Below are positions 19,210 through 29,139 of a DNA stretch of 64,000 nucleotides, one piece after another (position 1 is the stretch's first letter; the number at the start of each line of letters is the position of its first letter). This stretch comes from a virus. The DNA lies in IMG/VR virus record IMGVR_UViG_3300044736_000016, positions 32,001 through 96,000 of that record; one strand, 5' to 3'. The notes under the pieces were generated by a model, which saw only the letters and a list, made by a program, of their open reading frames with translations, was not told the origin of the DNA and did no database searches. Made by a program: the position numbers and the translations under genes.

Positions 19210-19925
19210 CAAGGCTTGCGCACTACTATCACGCCTATCTCGCTCAAGGCTGGCGCTCCATCGTCACTGAGCATCTCGACGCCCTCACCCGCAGCGGCCT
19301 CGCCGAGCGCCTCGGCATCCTCCATCTCGGTCTCGTTGGAACCCCATCAGCGCGAGCAGCGTGTGCCCGGCTCTGTCAGGAGCGGATGCCCGTTGAGGTG
19401 ACTGCCGAAGAAGACGAGGGATGGGAGCAGACGACCCTCACCGCCCTGCACCGTGCCGCAACGCAGTGGGACGCCGTCCTCTACGCCCACACCAAGGGCG
19501 TGTCCAACCCGAGGGACGAGTGGGCTGCGACGTGGCGGCGGTCGATGACGTTGGCACTCGTTGCTGGCTGGCAGGAGTGCGTGCGTTGCCTCTACACATG
19601 TGAGGCGGTGGGGTGTCACTGGCTGACACCGGGCTGGTACGACATCGTCCTCCCTCGCTACCGAGGACGCATCGAGGTTCACGCCCCATTCTTTGGTGGC
19701 AACTTCTGGTGGGCACAGGCGTCGCTCATCCAGCGTCTCAACCCTCCCCTGAGCAACACTCGCCATGATGCTGAGATGTGGATTGGATCTGCCCTGCCCA
19801 TGCCGGTCCACGACTGCACGCCCGGGTGGCCGAACTGGTCGACGTGGCGCCTCCCTGGTGGAGTTGGTAACGAACCGGTGAGGGTTCACCTCGGCAGCGA
19901 ACCTAGCCCCGTCCCGCCGCCATGA
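19206..19925 (+). CDS. Glycan-modifying/glycosyltransferase-like protein (HTKG family)
   Basis: LYAHTKGVS, GGNFWWA, R.DAEMWIG. Confidence 0.7.
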   Translation: MTRLAHYYHAYLAQGWRSIVTEHLDALTRSGLAERLGILHLGLVGTPSARAACARLCQERMPVEVTAEEDEGWEQTTLTALHRAATQWDAVLYAHTKGVSNPRDEWAATWRRSMTLALVAGWQECVRCLYTCEAVGCHWLTPGWYDIVLPRYRGRIEVHAPFFGGNFWWAQASLIQRLNPPLSNTRHDAEMWIGSALPMPVHDCTPGWPNWSTWRLPGGVGNEPVRVHLGSEPSPVPPP

Positions 19926-20611
19926 TCGTCTGCGCGACCACCCTTACGCATTTCGCCATGGGTCACCCAGATATCTGGGGAGCGTGGCTGTACAACGCCG
20001 AGGCGATGCAGGCCAGTCACCCTGACGTGCGGTTCTTCTGCGCCATCGAAACGGACGCTCGCGGGCTGGCGCCGTTCGCCCCGCTGATGTCGCGCCTAGA
20101 TGATGTCGGTGGGGAGTGGTGGACGTACCACCTTGACGACGGACGCAGCAAGGTGACCACGGAGAACCGCGGTCGCCATCTGGTATGCGGCCAGAACCTC
20201 GCCACCGACTACGCAACGTCCATCGGAGCGACGCACGTCGTGTTCCTCGCTGCAGACTGTGAGCCGCCACCTGACACCATCCCCAAGCTGCTGGAGGTGA
20301 ACTGGCCCATCGTCGGTGGTCACGTGCCGGGGTACTGCCTCGACGGCCCCGACGTGGTCGGCTATGACTTCCCGGTGAAGCGCCACATGGCGACCGCGGC
20401 GTTTGTCATGCTGCAACGGTCTATCTTCCGCTCGATCCGCTGGCGCTGGGATATCGACCTTGGCCTCACGGATGACCCATGCCTCTACTGGGATGCCAAA
20501 CGACTGTACGGAGTGGACACCTACGTCCGTCATGATGTCGTGGGGCGACACTACCCCGAGGCGCTATGTGGCATCGAGGAGCGCGGGTACGACCTGAGCG
20601 TGGCGCAGTGA
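19922..20611 (+). CDS. GT-A fold glycosyltransferase-like protein
   Basis: THVVFLAADC (degenerate DxD), PIVGG, TDDP, terminal H.YP. Confidence 0.65.
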   Translation: MIVCATTLTHFAMGHPDIWGAWLYNAEAMQASHPDVRFFCAIETDARGLAPFAPLMSRLDDVGGEWWTYHLDDGRSKVTTENRGRHLVCGQNLATDYATSIGATHVVFLAADCEPPPDTIPKLLEVNWPIVGGHVPGYCLDGPDVVGYDFPVKRHMATAAFVMLQRSIFRSIRWRWDIDLGLTDDPCLYWDAKRLYGVDTYVRHDVVGRHYPEALCGIEERGYDLSVAQ

Positions 20612-20725
20612 GACGCATCGACGCGCTGTTTCGAGCGTGGTTCTGGACACTGACCGTCATCACCGCTGCTGGCGTCGCGCTGGTGGTCTGTGCACTGCTC
20701 CAGTAATACTGTTCACTGCTGCGTT

Positions 20726-21238
20726 GTGAGACTCAACGTTGGGTGCGGGGAGTGGCGAGCCGAGGGCTGGCTGAACATCGACGTGGTGCAGAACGAGCAT
20801 GTAGCCTCCGACCTCGTGGCGTCGGTCACCGATCTGCCGACGCACGTCACGTGTCTCACCGCGGTGTATTGCGGCCATGTCCTCGAACACATCCCGCATG
20901 ACGCCGTCGTCCCTGCCCTGCGTGTGCTGAGGGAGCGGATGGTGCCGGGGGCGCCCATCATGTGCGTCGGGCCGGACGTACACCGCGCTGAGGCCATGTT
21001 CCGCGCTGGAGAGATCGATGAGCCGACGTGCCGATCCTGCCATGCGGAGACCCGACCGCCGCGGTGGGCTGGCGACGCCCATCACTGGGACTGCCACGAA
21101 GCCGAACTCGTCACGCTGCTCACGGAGGCGGGGTTTGTCGATGTGCATGCCGTGGACGTGGGCAGTCGCTACCTGCTGACCGAGTGGCCGCTGGTATCCG
21201 GCGTCGGCTGGCAGTGTGCCGTGGAGGGGCGACGGTGA
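20726..21238 (+). CDS. Class I SAM-dependent methyltransferase
   Basis: LNVGCG..GWLNID, HVLEHI, L.EAGF. Confidence 0.85.
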   Translation: MRLNVGCGEWRAEGWLNIDVVQNEHVASDLVASVTDLPTHVTCLTAVYCGHVLEHIPHDAVVPALRVLRERMVPGAPIMCVGPDVHRAEAMFRAGEIDEPTCRSCHAETRPPRWAGDAHHWDCHEAELVTLLTEAGFVDVHAVDVGSRYLLTEWPLVSGVGWQCAVEGRR

Positions 21239-21412
21239 GACGTCGCGCGGCTGACCGCAACTCAGACTACCACCCCTACCAGCTCTGGTGCTGTCGGTGA
21301 GCAACGGCTTCCTGCCCATCGGAGGAGACATGCCGCCGCGGCTGTTCTGGGCGGTCCTTGCCGTCATCGCCGTCGGCGTGGGGACCATGATCGTCTTGGC
21401 GATGCTTCACCT

Positions 21413-22294
21413 GTGAGGGCGCTGGTCACCGGGTCGGAGGGGTTCGTGGGTTCTCACTTCGTCATGCGCCTCCGAGCAGACGGGTGGGAGGTTTACGAGA
21501 TCGACGTCGCCTCCCGGACTAGGCCGATCGACGTTCGCGTCCTCAACCAGTGGCAGGAGGGCGGCACGCATTTCGAACTCGCGATCCACTGCGCCGCCGT
21601 GGTCGGTGGTCGCGCGACGATCGACGGCAGCCCGCTGGACGTGGCTGTCAACTTCGAACTCGACGCTGCATTCGCGCGCTGGTGCCTGCGGGTCCGTCCC
21701 GAACACGTCGTGTACTTCTCCAGCAGCGCCGCGTATCCGGTCTGGATGCAGGGCGACATCCGCCACGGACCTCTGCGGGAGGACGACATCAGCCTCGACC
21801 ACCTACAGCAGCCCGATGCCATCTACGGCCTAGCGAAGCTGGTCGGCGAGACGCTGATGCGCCACCTCGAGCGAGCGGGAGTGCGGACGCATGTGTTCCG
21901 GCCGTTCAGCGGCTGGGGCGCAGACCAGAGCATCGCGTATCCGATGCCAAGCCTCCTCGACCGCGCTCGACGCCGCGAGGATCCGTTCGTGGTCTGGGGG
22001 GACGGGCAGCAGGTGCGCGACTGGGTGCATGTGGATGACGTAGTCGGGGCAGTGATGGCTGCGGTCGACCAGGACGTCCGAGGCCCGCTCAACATCGGGT
22101 CAGGCGTACCGGTCAGCTTCGACGAACTCGCCGCCATGGTCTGCGCCGCCGCCGGCTACAGCCCGACCATCCAGCACCTCACCGATGCCCCCACAGGCGT
22201 CCGCTACCGGGTGTGTGATCCGACGCGGATGCTGGAGGTCTACCAGCCGAGGACAACGCTGGAGGAGGGCATCAGGCGGGCGCTGGCGGGGTAG
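21413..22294 (+). CDS. NAD-dependent epimerase/dehydratase
   Basis: VTGSEGFVG, SSSAAY, YGLAK, WGDGQQVRDWVHVDD. Confidence 0.92.
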   Translation: MRALVTGSEGFVGSHFVMRLRADGWEVYEIDVASRTRPIDVRVLNQWQEGGTHFELAIHCAAVVGGRATIDGSPLDVAVNFELDAAFARWCLRVRPEHVVYFSSSAAYPVWMQGDIRHGPLREDDISLDHLQQPDAIYGLAKLVGETLMRHLERAGVRTHVFRPFSGWGADQSIAYPMPSLLDRARRREDPFVVWGDGQQVRDWVHVDDVVGAVMAAVDQDVRGPLNIGSGVPVSFDELAAMVCAAAGYSPTIQHLTDAPTGVRYRVCDPTRMLEVYQPRTTLEEGIRRALAG

Positions 22295-22303
22295 AATCGG
22301 GCT

Positions 22304-22696
22304 GTGAGGCTACTCATCGCCGGTTCGCGGTATTGGGACGACCCCGTGCCCATCCGGCAGGCGTTGGAGCGTGCGCGGCCCACGGTCCTCATCCACGGGG
22401 CTGCGAGGGGAGCCGACAGCATCGCAGCACGGCTGGCGTACGCTATGGGCATCGAGGTGCTGGCCTTCCCCGCGGACTGGGACCGCCACGGCCGTGGCGC
22501 AGGGCCACTTCGCAACCAGCGCATGCTCGATGATGGACGACCAGAGTGGGCGATCCTGTTCGCTGACTACATCGCCACCTCATACGGTACGCGGGACATG
22601 CTCAGGCGGGCAGAGCGGTGCCCGGACGTGAAGCGGATCCACACATGCTCGCATGTCATCGGCTGGCGAACGGTGCGGGAGGCGGTAGCGGCGTGA
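22304..22696 (+). CDS. YspA/SLOG-family (DUF2493-like) protein, leaderless
   Basis: IAGSR, HGAARGAD, ADWDRHGRGAGPLRNQRML; TAGAAT at 22292-22297, 6 nt before GTG. Confidence 0.88.
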   Translation: MRLLIAGSRYWDDPVPIRQALERARPTVLIHGAARGADSIAARLAYAMGIEVLAFPADWDRHGRGAGPLRNQRMLDDGRPEWAILFADYIATSYGTRDMLRRAERCPDVKRIHTCSHVIGWRTVREAVAA

Positions 22697-23037
22697 ATCA
22701 GTACGCGCGTCTGGTCGGGTTGAGTGTTGGCGGCCATCAATGGGAGGTAACGTACGGCGCCAACACTGTGATGCTAGTGGTCGATGGTGTGACCGAGGCA
22801 GCCATGCTGGATCCCGAATCGCTGGACCGTGACGCTGGCTTGACCGCTCTGCGTGTCGAAAACGCCGAACTTCGTGCTGCGCTGGACACGCTCGTTCCTA
22901 ATCGCTGCGAGTGGGATAGCTACCCTTCAGGGCAGGCCCGAGTCTGCGCCCTCTCGTCCACAAAGGAGGTCACTTGCTGGGATGGCGAGGCCGAGTACCG
23001 ACTGTGCGACGGACATGCGGAGGTCGCCGGCAAGTAA
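22693..23037 (+). CDS. Hypothetical protein
   Basis: GTGA overlap; C-terminal Cys/His cluster. Confidence 0.5.
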   Translation: MNQYARLVGLSVGGHQWEVTYGANTVMLVVDGVTEAAMLDPESLDRDAGLTALRVENAELRAALDTLVPNRCEWDSYPSGQARVCALSSTKEVTCWDGEAEYRLCDGHAEVAGK

Positions 23038-23323
23038 AGGCAGACGCTTGGTCACAGCACCCGAACGGTATCGAACTCATACCGCGACCTGAGCCATCGG
23101 CAGCCGACATGGACGGCGACTACCTCATGACGTGGCGCAACGAGCACATGCATGCTCGGATCTATGAGGCGAGAGTGGCTGGCCGTGTGGGGCAGGTAGT
23201 CATCCGCGATGTTGAGATCACGACCGCGCAATATCCAAACGACGTCTATCTCGAACGCACAAACAGGCTGGTCGCGTCGCTAGCCGCCGCAGCGCGAGTC
23301 GCCAGTCTGGATACTGGCAGCGG

Positions 23324-23551
23324 CTAGCGTTGCTGCTCCTCTCTGATGGCACGCATGACCCTGTCGACCAAGTCCGGTGGCGGCGGTGGTGCCGCGATGC
23401 CGGCAAGGAGGCGATCCACCTCTGCTAGCGTGTCCGCGAACTCTACGCAGGCGGCGCAGGTAGCGAGGTGAGCGCGGACGGCAGTGTGATCAGCCCAGCC
23501 CTCCGCTAGGGCCTGTTGGCACTCGTCGTGGGACAGGGTTCCGACCGTCAT
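23324..23551 (-). CDS. zf-HC2 (ZAS) anti-sigma-factor-like small protein
   Basis: HLATCAAC (HxxxCxxC), PPPDLVDRVM; GGAG RBS. Confidence 0.8.
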   Translation of the reverse strand: MTVGTLSHDECQQALAEGWADHTAVRAHLATCAACVEFADTLAEVDRLLAGIAAPPPPPDLVDRVMRAIREEQQR

Positions 23552-23636
23552 GGCTAGTTACTCCGGGGGCGTGGGTCCGTCACCCATATAGACGCATCGG
23601 CGAGGCGAAATGACGGGATGTGCGGCTCAGAGGTGA

Positions 23637-23981
23637 CTATGCGTCGGTTGACGAGGGCGTGGCCTGATCTGTGAGTAGTGCGCGGCCCTTCTCGTTGATC
23701 TCGAAGTCACCGCGACACCCGCAAGCGCAGCCTTCGCTAAGCAGACCATGTGCGATTACTCGCTTAGCCTTGGCCAGGATGACCTTCTCGGGGAACGTTG
23801 GAAGCGCGGTGGCAAGGTCGCTCACGAGGCACCAGTGGCCACCCCTCACGAATGCCCCGCCGAGCATGGTGTGGCGATCATTGGTCAGTGTGCAGGTTCC
23901 ATCGTTGCAGGCCGCGACCACTGCCAAGAAAGCTGCGTCGGTGATGTCCGAGGCCTTCGGCACGGTCCGGGGTTCACTCAT
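23637..23981 (-). CDS. Hypothetical wHTH-like protein (GCxCGCRGDF family), leaderless
   Basis: PEKVILAK..GCACGCRGDFEI; TAGAAT 6 nt upstream of ATG. Confidence 0.7.
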   Translation of the reverse strand: MSEPRTVPKASDITDAAFLAVVAACNDGTCTLTNDRHTMLGGAFVRGGHWCLVSDLATALPTFPEKVILAKAKRVIAHGLLSEGCACGCRGDFEINEKGRALLTDQATPSSTDA

Positions 23982-24146
23982 GCTGGCATTCTACGGGCAT
24001 CTCCGGCATCTGCGCGGTCCGGTACTGCTCCACGGCCGTGTCTCCACCGTCCCAGCATGCGAAGCACCACATCTGCGGCGGTGTCGTCCAGACGATAGTG
24101 GCTGCGGCGGACCGCTGTATGGGCGCCCCACAGGCTGCGCACTGGC

Positions 24147-24383
24147 TCATCTCTTTGCGGACCTAGCGTAGGCTCGGCGGTCGATCCAGAACAGCACCAG
24201 CGGCTCACACCCGACACACGTAGCCACTGCGGCGAACACTGCGAAGGTAGAGCGGATCGCGCCTGTGGTCAGGATTGCCGATACTGCGTAGATCACCGTC
24301 AAGGCGAATCCCGCCGCGATCAGGCGTTGAGCCTGTGCTCGCCACTTCCACTCAGCCCACGTAAGCTTGGTGCCCTCAGACAC
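24147..24383 (-). CDS. Small 2-TM membrane protein
   Basis: Hydrophobic segments. Confidence 0.55.
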   Translation of the reverse strand: MSEGTKLTWAEWKWRAQAQRLIAAGFALTVIYAVSAILTTGAIRSTFAVFAAVATCVGCEPLVLFWIDRRAYARSAKR

Positions 24384-24392
24384 GCTCAGTGC

Positions 24393-24689
24393 TCACGGCA
24401 GCCACCCGGTCAGCCAGAGCCACTGACGGCGACGGCGGGATGGACGCGGACGTAGCAGCATGATGAGCCCCATCGCCTCCCACGTCCTGCCCATCTCTGC
24501 GACCACCTCGGAGGCGTGGCCGGTCTGCTCCACGGGGATACGCAAACTCGCCCTGTCCGCATCCAGCATGAGTAGCGACGGGAACCCGCGCGTAGCCTCT
24601 GCGACGGCCCGCATGCGCTCGACTGCATCGCCAGACGTGATGACCCATGCGTCCGGATGTGGCAGGCGGAATCGGTCGTCCGTGGTCAT
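24393..24689 (-). CDS. Hypothetical protein
   Basis: Overlap-coupled; GGAG RBS. Confidence 0.5.
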   Translation of the reverse strand: MTTDDRFRLPHPDAWVITSGDAVERMRAVAEATRGFPSLLMLDADRASLRIPVEQTGHASEVVAEMGRTWEAMGLIMLLRPRPSRRRRQWLWLTGWLP

Positions 24690-26313
24690 CTTTGGGACTC
24701 CGTCTTGGTGCGCTTACGGCGCGGCTTGCGGGGTGGTGGCAGATAATCTAACGCGACGTCCAGCGCCACCTTCGCTGCGATGAGGTCATCCCGCGCGAGT
24801 GCTGTCCGTGCGTCGATGGCGGCTCGTGCAGTATCAACCAGCCAATCGCATGCTTCCTTGTCCACCTCATACTCGGAGGAACCGGCCACGAACTCCTCTG
24901 CCACTGCCAGCCGCTCCTCTGCCGTGGTGGCAGAGTCAAAGGTACGCGGGGTGTATTCGACGTCAAGCGCTCCGGCCTCGTCACCCATATCCGAACTCGG
25001 TGCGGGATCGATCATCTGTATCCCCCTATCCTCAGCCAGCGGGCGAGGGTGAGTAGCCACGGACAGCGGCGGGCGGGGTTCGCGCACAAGACGAGTTCCT
25101 CGAAGGGCTCGTCTGGCCCGAGTTCGCGTCGCCGGGATGGGTCCCACGGTTTGCCGTCGTCTGTGCGCACCTCGCCAAGCATGTTGCCTTCAAGGTCATA
25201 CAAGTACTCGGGCTCATCCATGGCAGTGCGACCTCAGCGGAGAGGTATCGCCACAGATCAGCCACGTTGCTGCGCCAGCGTAGATGATGAATCCACCGAT
25301 CACCTGCAAGAGCGGTGAGGAGGAGACCGTCCAGACAACGAGCGTCGACAGGATCGGTGCCAGCACTACCAACAGGAAGCGGAGCCTCTCGGTGTGGTGT
25401 TCTTGCGAGTCGATGAGTAGATCCACGGCTGCGATCCTCTCCTCGATGGTGAAGTCGCGTATTGGTTCGGGATGCTCTGTCTCGCTCACGGCGTGAACCT
25501 CCGTACGCTCTCGCTGGCAGCCTTGCGTCGAGCGTGTGCCCATGCTATCGGAGTACCGTCAGGCAGGTGGCAGGGACGTCCCATCTCGGACCCACAGTGC
25601 GGGCAGGCTACGTCTCTCGGCGGCCCGCGGTAGAGCGGGTTGCGGCACACGTCGTCGGTGGTACTGACCAGCCAGCCGCATCCCTGCCGCCCACAACGCA
25701 CGTAGCAGCCGCAGGAGCCCATACCCTGTGCGCCGCAGGGCTCAGGACGTGCCGGCAGCAGGATGGTCAGCGATCCTGTCGTCGTGGTATCTTGGTCTGG
25801 GCTGCGGTGAGGGTGATGCCCCGGGCGGGACTGACGAGTTGCGCGAAGGGTGGGCGTTCCGATCCGCAGCCCATCAGTCGTGCTCACTCTGGGCCGAGCT
25901 CCGTCAGCGCATCCCACATCTCCCGGCCGGCTGAGCACCATGCCTTGGGCTCCACGTTCCCGCTGTAGAGTAGTGTGGCTTCGGCGGCGGCACACTTCGG
26001 ACACTCAGCGCAGTGTGCCGAGATAGCCTCATAGACGAGTTCGCGAACCATGGTGGTAGGGACGATCTCGCCCTTATTTATCTTGCTCATGGCAGCAACG
26101 CCTTGGCTTCTCTTAGGAGACGCTGTGCCTGAGAGATGATGCGACGTACCTCGGCACGTTCCTTCCTGCCGTGGGTCGACATAGCGCAGGCGTCGATGAG
26201 GAGATCCTTCGCCTCCCACACCTTGTCGTATGCCATGCGCTCTACGGTGACAATCGGCGCGACGGCCACGTCGCAGGGCCTGTATTCGCCCATGTCGGGG
26301 TCTCCGTGTCCTC

Positions 26314-26700
26314 TCATATCGCATCTCCGTGTGTCGGTGCTGGGTGGTTCTCATGCCGAGGATCGCTGGGAGGGAGTACGCACCATCCGGGCATGCAGTC
26401 GGCGTGAGGGCGCTCTGCTCCGAATGCGCACAGCGGTGCGGGCGCGGCGTACCTGATCTCGGCAAGCCGAACGTTGGCGCGATCCATGGTGGCAAGGCGG
26501 GCAGGCGTCTCGTCCTCGCGGTAGCAGTTCACGTCCCAGCGGCTAGCCCAGAACTTTCCGCCAAAGCCTAGCGAGCCGCAGAAGCGGAACTCATCGCCAG
26601 ACGCCCCCGTGTCGAACCACTGCGCGAAGTAGTCACGACTCGCTTCTCGGGCCGCGCACTCCTCAACGAGAACATCATAGATGCGGTTGGCGGCGCTCAT
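26314..26700 (-). CDS. Conserved phage hypothetical protein
   Basis: EFRFCGSLGFGGKF..CYREDETP motif; ATGA overlap at 26697-26700. Confidence 0.7.
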   Translation of the reverse strand: MSAANRIYDVLVEECAAREASRDYFAQWFDTGASGDEFRFCGSLGFGGKFWASRWDVNCYREDETPARLATMDRANVRLAEIRYAAPAPLCAFGAERPHADCMPGWCVLPPSDPRHENHPAPTHGDAI

Positions 26701-26913
26701 GCTGGGTCTCCTTGGTGGTTGCGCCGATGTGCTGCCTTCCGGCACGTCGCCGAGCAGAAACGCTTTGTGCTCCGCTCCCCTGCCATCGGCTGACGGCACT
26801 GCTCGCAGACTTGGACGAGGTTGAGCGCGTCGAGGTCGATCGCCAACTCCGCGACGAGGTGGGAGCCGTCTATCCGCAGGCTGGTGACCTTCACGGAAAG
26901 CTCGGTCACGACT
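26697..26913 (-). CDS. Small zinc-finger protein (CxxC..CSxxCR); start approximate
   Basis: CEQC..FCSATCR. Confidence 0.55.
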
Positions 26914-27226
26914 GCGGATGCGAGCAGGGACGGATTGCGCCGACACTCCATCCCTGACCATCTTCACACTCGATGACAAGCCAGCAGCACCGACAACTCC
27001 GACAGATGTAGCCAGCAGCACTGAGCAACGAGAAGCGGGATGACCCCGAGACTTCGCCGACCCAAGCCTGTCCGGGTGTGTGGCCAGCGCGTCGCATCCT
27101 GCCCATGAGTGCTGCACGGGCTGCATCAATGGACGAGGCGTGGGTCACGGTCTCAGGCTGAGCCGCGTAGGGTCGGCTGCCCTCAGTCCGCAGGGAGGTG
27201 ATCCGCGCTCCGGTGAGGTCAGTCAT
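26906..27226 (-). CDS. Hypothetical protein, paralogue of 27462-27740
   Basis: QPET.T.ASS.DAARA..M.RMRRAGH.P..Y.C..CR. Confidence 0.65.
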   Translation of the reverse strand: MTDLTGARITSLRTEGSRPYAAQPETVTHASSIDAARAALMGRMRRAGHTPGQAWVGEVSGSSRFSLLSAAGYICRSCRCCWLVIECEDGQGWSVGAIRPCSHPQS

Positions 27227-27461
27227 TCGGTTCCTCCGTTGTCATCTGCGCCGCACTGAAAGCAACGACGCCCGCGAGATGCTGACGGTGAAAGCCGCAC
27301 GATGCGGGCACTGCTGCGCCAACCGGATGCCTCCCACTCTGCCCAAAGTTCATAAAGCTTCTGCTGGCACGGGCCGCAGTGGATGATGCCAACAGGCTTG
27401 GAGCGGCCTGACGTGTACTCCCATTGCTGGTACCAACGGGATGGGTCTGCTGTGAGGTCGG

Positions 27462-27740
27462 TCATCGCGCGTCGCCTGTGCAAATCGTGATGGCATCGAC
27501 GAGCCATCCATGGCCCATATCGCCGTACTCGATAACCATCGAACTACTACGGCAGCGTGCGCAAACATACCTTGCACCTCGCCATGGAAGAGAGGTGGGT
27601 GACACGCCCGCCCATTCTAGTTGCGGTACGTGGCCAGCGCGGCGCATCCGCCGCATGATGGTCGCGCGTGCAGCATCCATCGACGAAGCTAGGGTTATCG
27701 TCTCGGGCTGAACTGCTGGGGACTGCGCCGACTGTTCCAT
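27462..27740 (-). CDS. Hypothetical protein, paralogue of 26906-27226
   Basis: Same motif as 26906-27226. Confidence 0.65.
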   Translation of the reverse strand: MEQSAQSPAVQPETITLASSMDAARATIMRRMRRAGHVPQLEWAGVSPTSLPWRGARYVCARCRSSSMVIEYGDMGHGWLVDAITICTGDAR

Positions 27741-27757
27741 GCCAAGAGCATACCACG

Positions 27758-28123
27758 CTATTCGCCGTAGCGTGGCAACCCATCACGGCAATCTGCGTCA
27801 GGCGTCGCCAGACTGGATACTGCCCAGGGCGTAGGCGACGGGCTCTGGCTGGGCGGCGCTGAGGGACGTGGCTGCCGCTGTGCGTGGGGTTGGGCGGGGT
27901 GCTGGCCTCCGGGGCGGTACGGGGCGCTCGTAGCACGCTGGCGTGACCGTCCGCCGTTCGGTGCGGGTCGGCTGCTCGAGGATGGCGAACCTGTCCCGCC
28001 TCCGTGTCCTGCCGGCGACTCCGAGCAGGGCGGGGTGCAGGCTCGGGCCAGCTGCGTCGCCGTGGTGGGGATCAGGACGGCAGCGACGGTAGCGAGAGCC
28101 ACCAAGCCGCGACGTGCGTGCAT
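27758..28123 (-). CDS. Secreted Pro/Ser-rich small protein
   Basis: MHARRGLVALATVAAVLIP signal-like N-terminus; GGAGG RBS. Confidence 0.55.
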   Translation of the reverse strand: MHARRGLVALATVAAVLIPTTATQLARACTPPCSESPAGHGGGTGSPSSSSRPAPNGGRSRQRATSAPYRPGGQHPAQPHAQRQPRPSAPPSQSPSPTPWAVSSLATPDADCRDGLPRYGE

Positions 28124-28199
28124 GTCGGTCGCCTCCGTGCGTGGGTGTGACGCACGTATGACGATCCACGGCGCGCGAATCCTGCCCGCGAACTCACGC

Positions 28200-28845
28200 G
28201 GCGCGGCGAAATTGGCACACGTAGGCTTTACGGTGTCCCCTCTACCTCGCGCGTGGTCTTGCTTCGGTTCTCTGGGGTTGGCCCGTGGTCCACAGCCCGT
28301 GCCGTGGTTGTTGCTACGCCCGTCCCCCACCCTGCCATCACCGGATCCAGCAGCGGAGTATCTGTCGCCCCCCCTATATCCCCCACACGGAAGATACAGA
28401 GAGGACGACATGCAGCATCACCGTCACCGTTGCGTGATCACTGCTACCGGGTTCCCTTGACCTTGCGGCCACCGCCTCATTTCACTCAGCGGCTTACCCG
28501 GATCGACGCGCCGCCTGCAACGGCCGTCGGCATGGGCTCGTTCAAGCCAACGTGTTTATGTGGCCCGCGCCTTCCTTACCCTGCATCCCGCATCCCCCGA
28601 GTAGCCGGTGGGCGGACCCTGGCCGGGAACTAGATGGGGCGGCGCTGCTGGGTGTGCGCGTCGTCGTGGCCGTAGCCACGGACCGAGGCTGGGCCTACCG
28701 GGTACCCATGGGGTCTCCGACGCGGTACGATGAGCCCGCGAGGCAGCGGCTTGGACGGTCTCATCTCCGTCCCCTCAGTGCTAGCTGAGGCGCTGGGAGT
28801 ATTGTTACTCACGCAGGCCGCGCCTCGCAACCACCCGCCCCACGA
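28200..28845 (-). ncRNA. Large structured non-coding RNA candidate (~650 nt)
   Basis: No credible ORF. Nested helices, a 22-bp stem (28363-28410) whose six non-Watson-Crick pairs are all G-U on the minus strand, and UACG, UCCG and GCAA tetraloops. Confidence 0.7.
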
Positions 28846-29139
28846 TGCCGTGGTATCTGAATGCCGCTGACCGTTCTACTCCGCGCTAGGTAGCAGAACC
28901 GCAGCCGTCTTGGCCAGCACCGCGGCCCGTCCACGGCTCATCGCAGGCCGAGCACGGCGGATGTGGCGCAGTACCGCTCCCGCATCCCCGACGAACACGC
29001 GGCAGCCCTCCAGCGTCACCACGTACCCACGTGCCCTTATCCCCGCCAGCGTCCTAGCCTGACTGCGGCTCATCGCAGCCGTGGGCGGCCCGCTTCTCTC
29101 CTTGGTCCCCAGTATCCAAGGGATACGGCTGGAGCCAAC

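Noticed and set aside
28200-28845. Group I/II intron, tmRNA, RNase P or short ORFs as the explanation of the structured region
   Set aside because: There is no interrupted gene and none of the diagnostic motifs that I can recognise. The overlapping ORFs are low-complexity and lack start signals.
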